Positions 21,039-21,406 of a stretch of DNA of 21,406 nucleotides are shown one piece after another. The first letter of the stretch is position 1, and every line of letters begins with the position of its first letter. The DNA lies in assembly GCA_030141605.1 (NCBI GenBank), contig JAQGDQ010001909.1:1-21406 (forward strand), read 5' to 3'. Made by a program: the position numbers and the translations under genes. This DNA is from Tubiluchus corallicola (lineage: Eukaryota; Animalia; Priapulida). The notes under the pieces were generated by a model. The model was not told the DNA's origin. It made no database searches and was given only the letters and a program-made list of their open reading frames with translations.

Positions 21039-21406
21039 ACACATATTTATTTATGAGTAATTAGGCGTGAAATTTAACACTGCCAATTCCTTTATACTAG
21101 AAGTACTACGAAATGGTCGTCATCAGCAGTCACATGCCTCACCAGGTTTTAAGGCTTTCTTGGATTTTTTTAAGGATTTCTAGAAAGTTCGTGTAAGTAC
21201 AATTAAGACCCCAAAAATCTTGTGAATTTCCGATCCTACTGCTGATGACTATATATGCCTTTGTTTTCGAATTCTTGTGATATAATAAATGAAAAAGAAA
21301 TAAATTTGTGGATAAATAAATAGATGGGCAAATAGTTAATTAGTCAGCCATGGAAATGAATTATAATTTAAATAACGAAATAAGTCACGAACGAATGGAG
21401 ACCGTA

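Overview
AT-rich, repeat-dense animal genomic DNA. The 5S sequence and SINE types suggest an invertebrate, probably a mollusc or other lophotrochozoan (inference). I find no intact protein-coding gene and no CRISPR array. The main signal is two copies (12742-13285 and 20616-21038) of a composite retroposon. Each has a 5S rRNA-derived Pol III head that lacks its terminator, a GC-rich body resembling an RTE LINE 5' UTR, the relic of the RTE ORF C-terminus (S[R/K]IGL.SH) and an RTE-type stem-loop plus (AAC)n tail. Copy 1 has a perfect 11-bp target-site duplication. This fits a 5S-derived SINE (SINE3) mobilised by an RTE LINE. The window also holds a tRNA-derived Meta/MESC-like SINE, several 3' ends of a (TA)n-tailed LINE (two meet tail-to-tail in a 76-bp perfect palindrome), two hAT-type MITEs, seven minisatellite arrays (22, 26, 46, 52, 61, 78 and 116-bp units), and low-confidence exon-like remnants on the minus strand.
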